Below the pieces are notes generated by a model, which worked only from the letters and a program-made list of their open reading frames with translations, made no database searches and was not told the origin of the DNA. Positions 63,531-64,000 of a stretch of 64,000 nt of DNA are shown in pieces. The first letter of the stretch is position 1, and every line of letters begins with the position of its first letter. Location of the stretch: NCBI GenBank assembly GCA_951406725.2, contig OX597817.1, positions 61,752,001 through 61,816,000 of the forward strand, read 5' to 3'. A program made the position numbers and the translations under genes. Source of the DNA: Octopus vulgaris (taxonomy: Eukaryota).

Positions 63531-64000
63531 AGGTATGTTTCTTTATTTGTTTGGGTTCCTTCACTGTTCTATAATTTGTTATTTCATTTCGAAATATTTT
63601 TTCAAATTCCATGAACAATATTTTGGTCCTATGCTTACATGATATGACCATCTCAGAGTGTCTATTTATCACATCTTCCCTAGATGTGATTATTTTCAGG
63701 GTTTCTTCAAGACATATATTGCATACCTCTCAAGTCCCATTCTATGATGCAGCAATCTTCATAATGGACCAGGGTGTTGTGTATTCTACTCCATTCTGTT
63801 TTAGTCTCCAGACAAGGTTTCTGGAGACTTTTTGTAAAGTGATAACTCATAAAGCAGAGCAATAATTTCTTATAGTAACTATGTTATAAACCATAATTCA
63901 TTCTCAGAAAAAATATTTTACCTATAAACTTCATAATACTCATAAATAAATAGCAATAACACAACAGTAGAATGTAAAGAATATTTTATGTAAAGTAAAA

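Overview
AT-rich, microsatellite-saturated animal genomic DNA. The repeat landscape of tRNA-derived SINEs, RTE, R4/Dong and CR1 LINEs and Penelope-like elements looks like an octopus or other coleoid cephalopod (inference). The only host gene found is on the minus strand: three phase-compatible exons (37109-36990, 20908-20771, 8144-7912) that splice into the C-terminal part of a claudin/PMP22-superfamily membrane protein. Its 5' exon(s) were not found. The rest is intron or flank filled with transposon debris. The most striking signal is a set of long fold-back (palindromic) non-coding elements anchored in (TA)n or (TAA)n tracts. Several of them, plus other (TA)n-associated repeats, contain minimal type I hammerhead-ribozyme-like motifs (CUGANGA...GAAAC-palindrome-GUH). 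Related motifs sit at the ends of two protein-coding Penelope fragments, suggesting a population of non-autonomous, ribozyme-bearing, Penelope pLTR-derived hairpin elements. All calls were made by eye; repeat boundaries are approximate.
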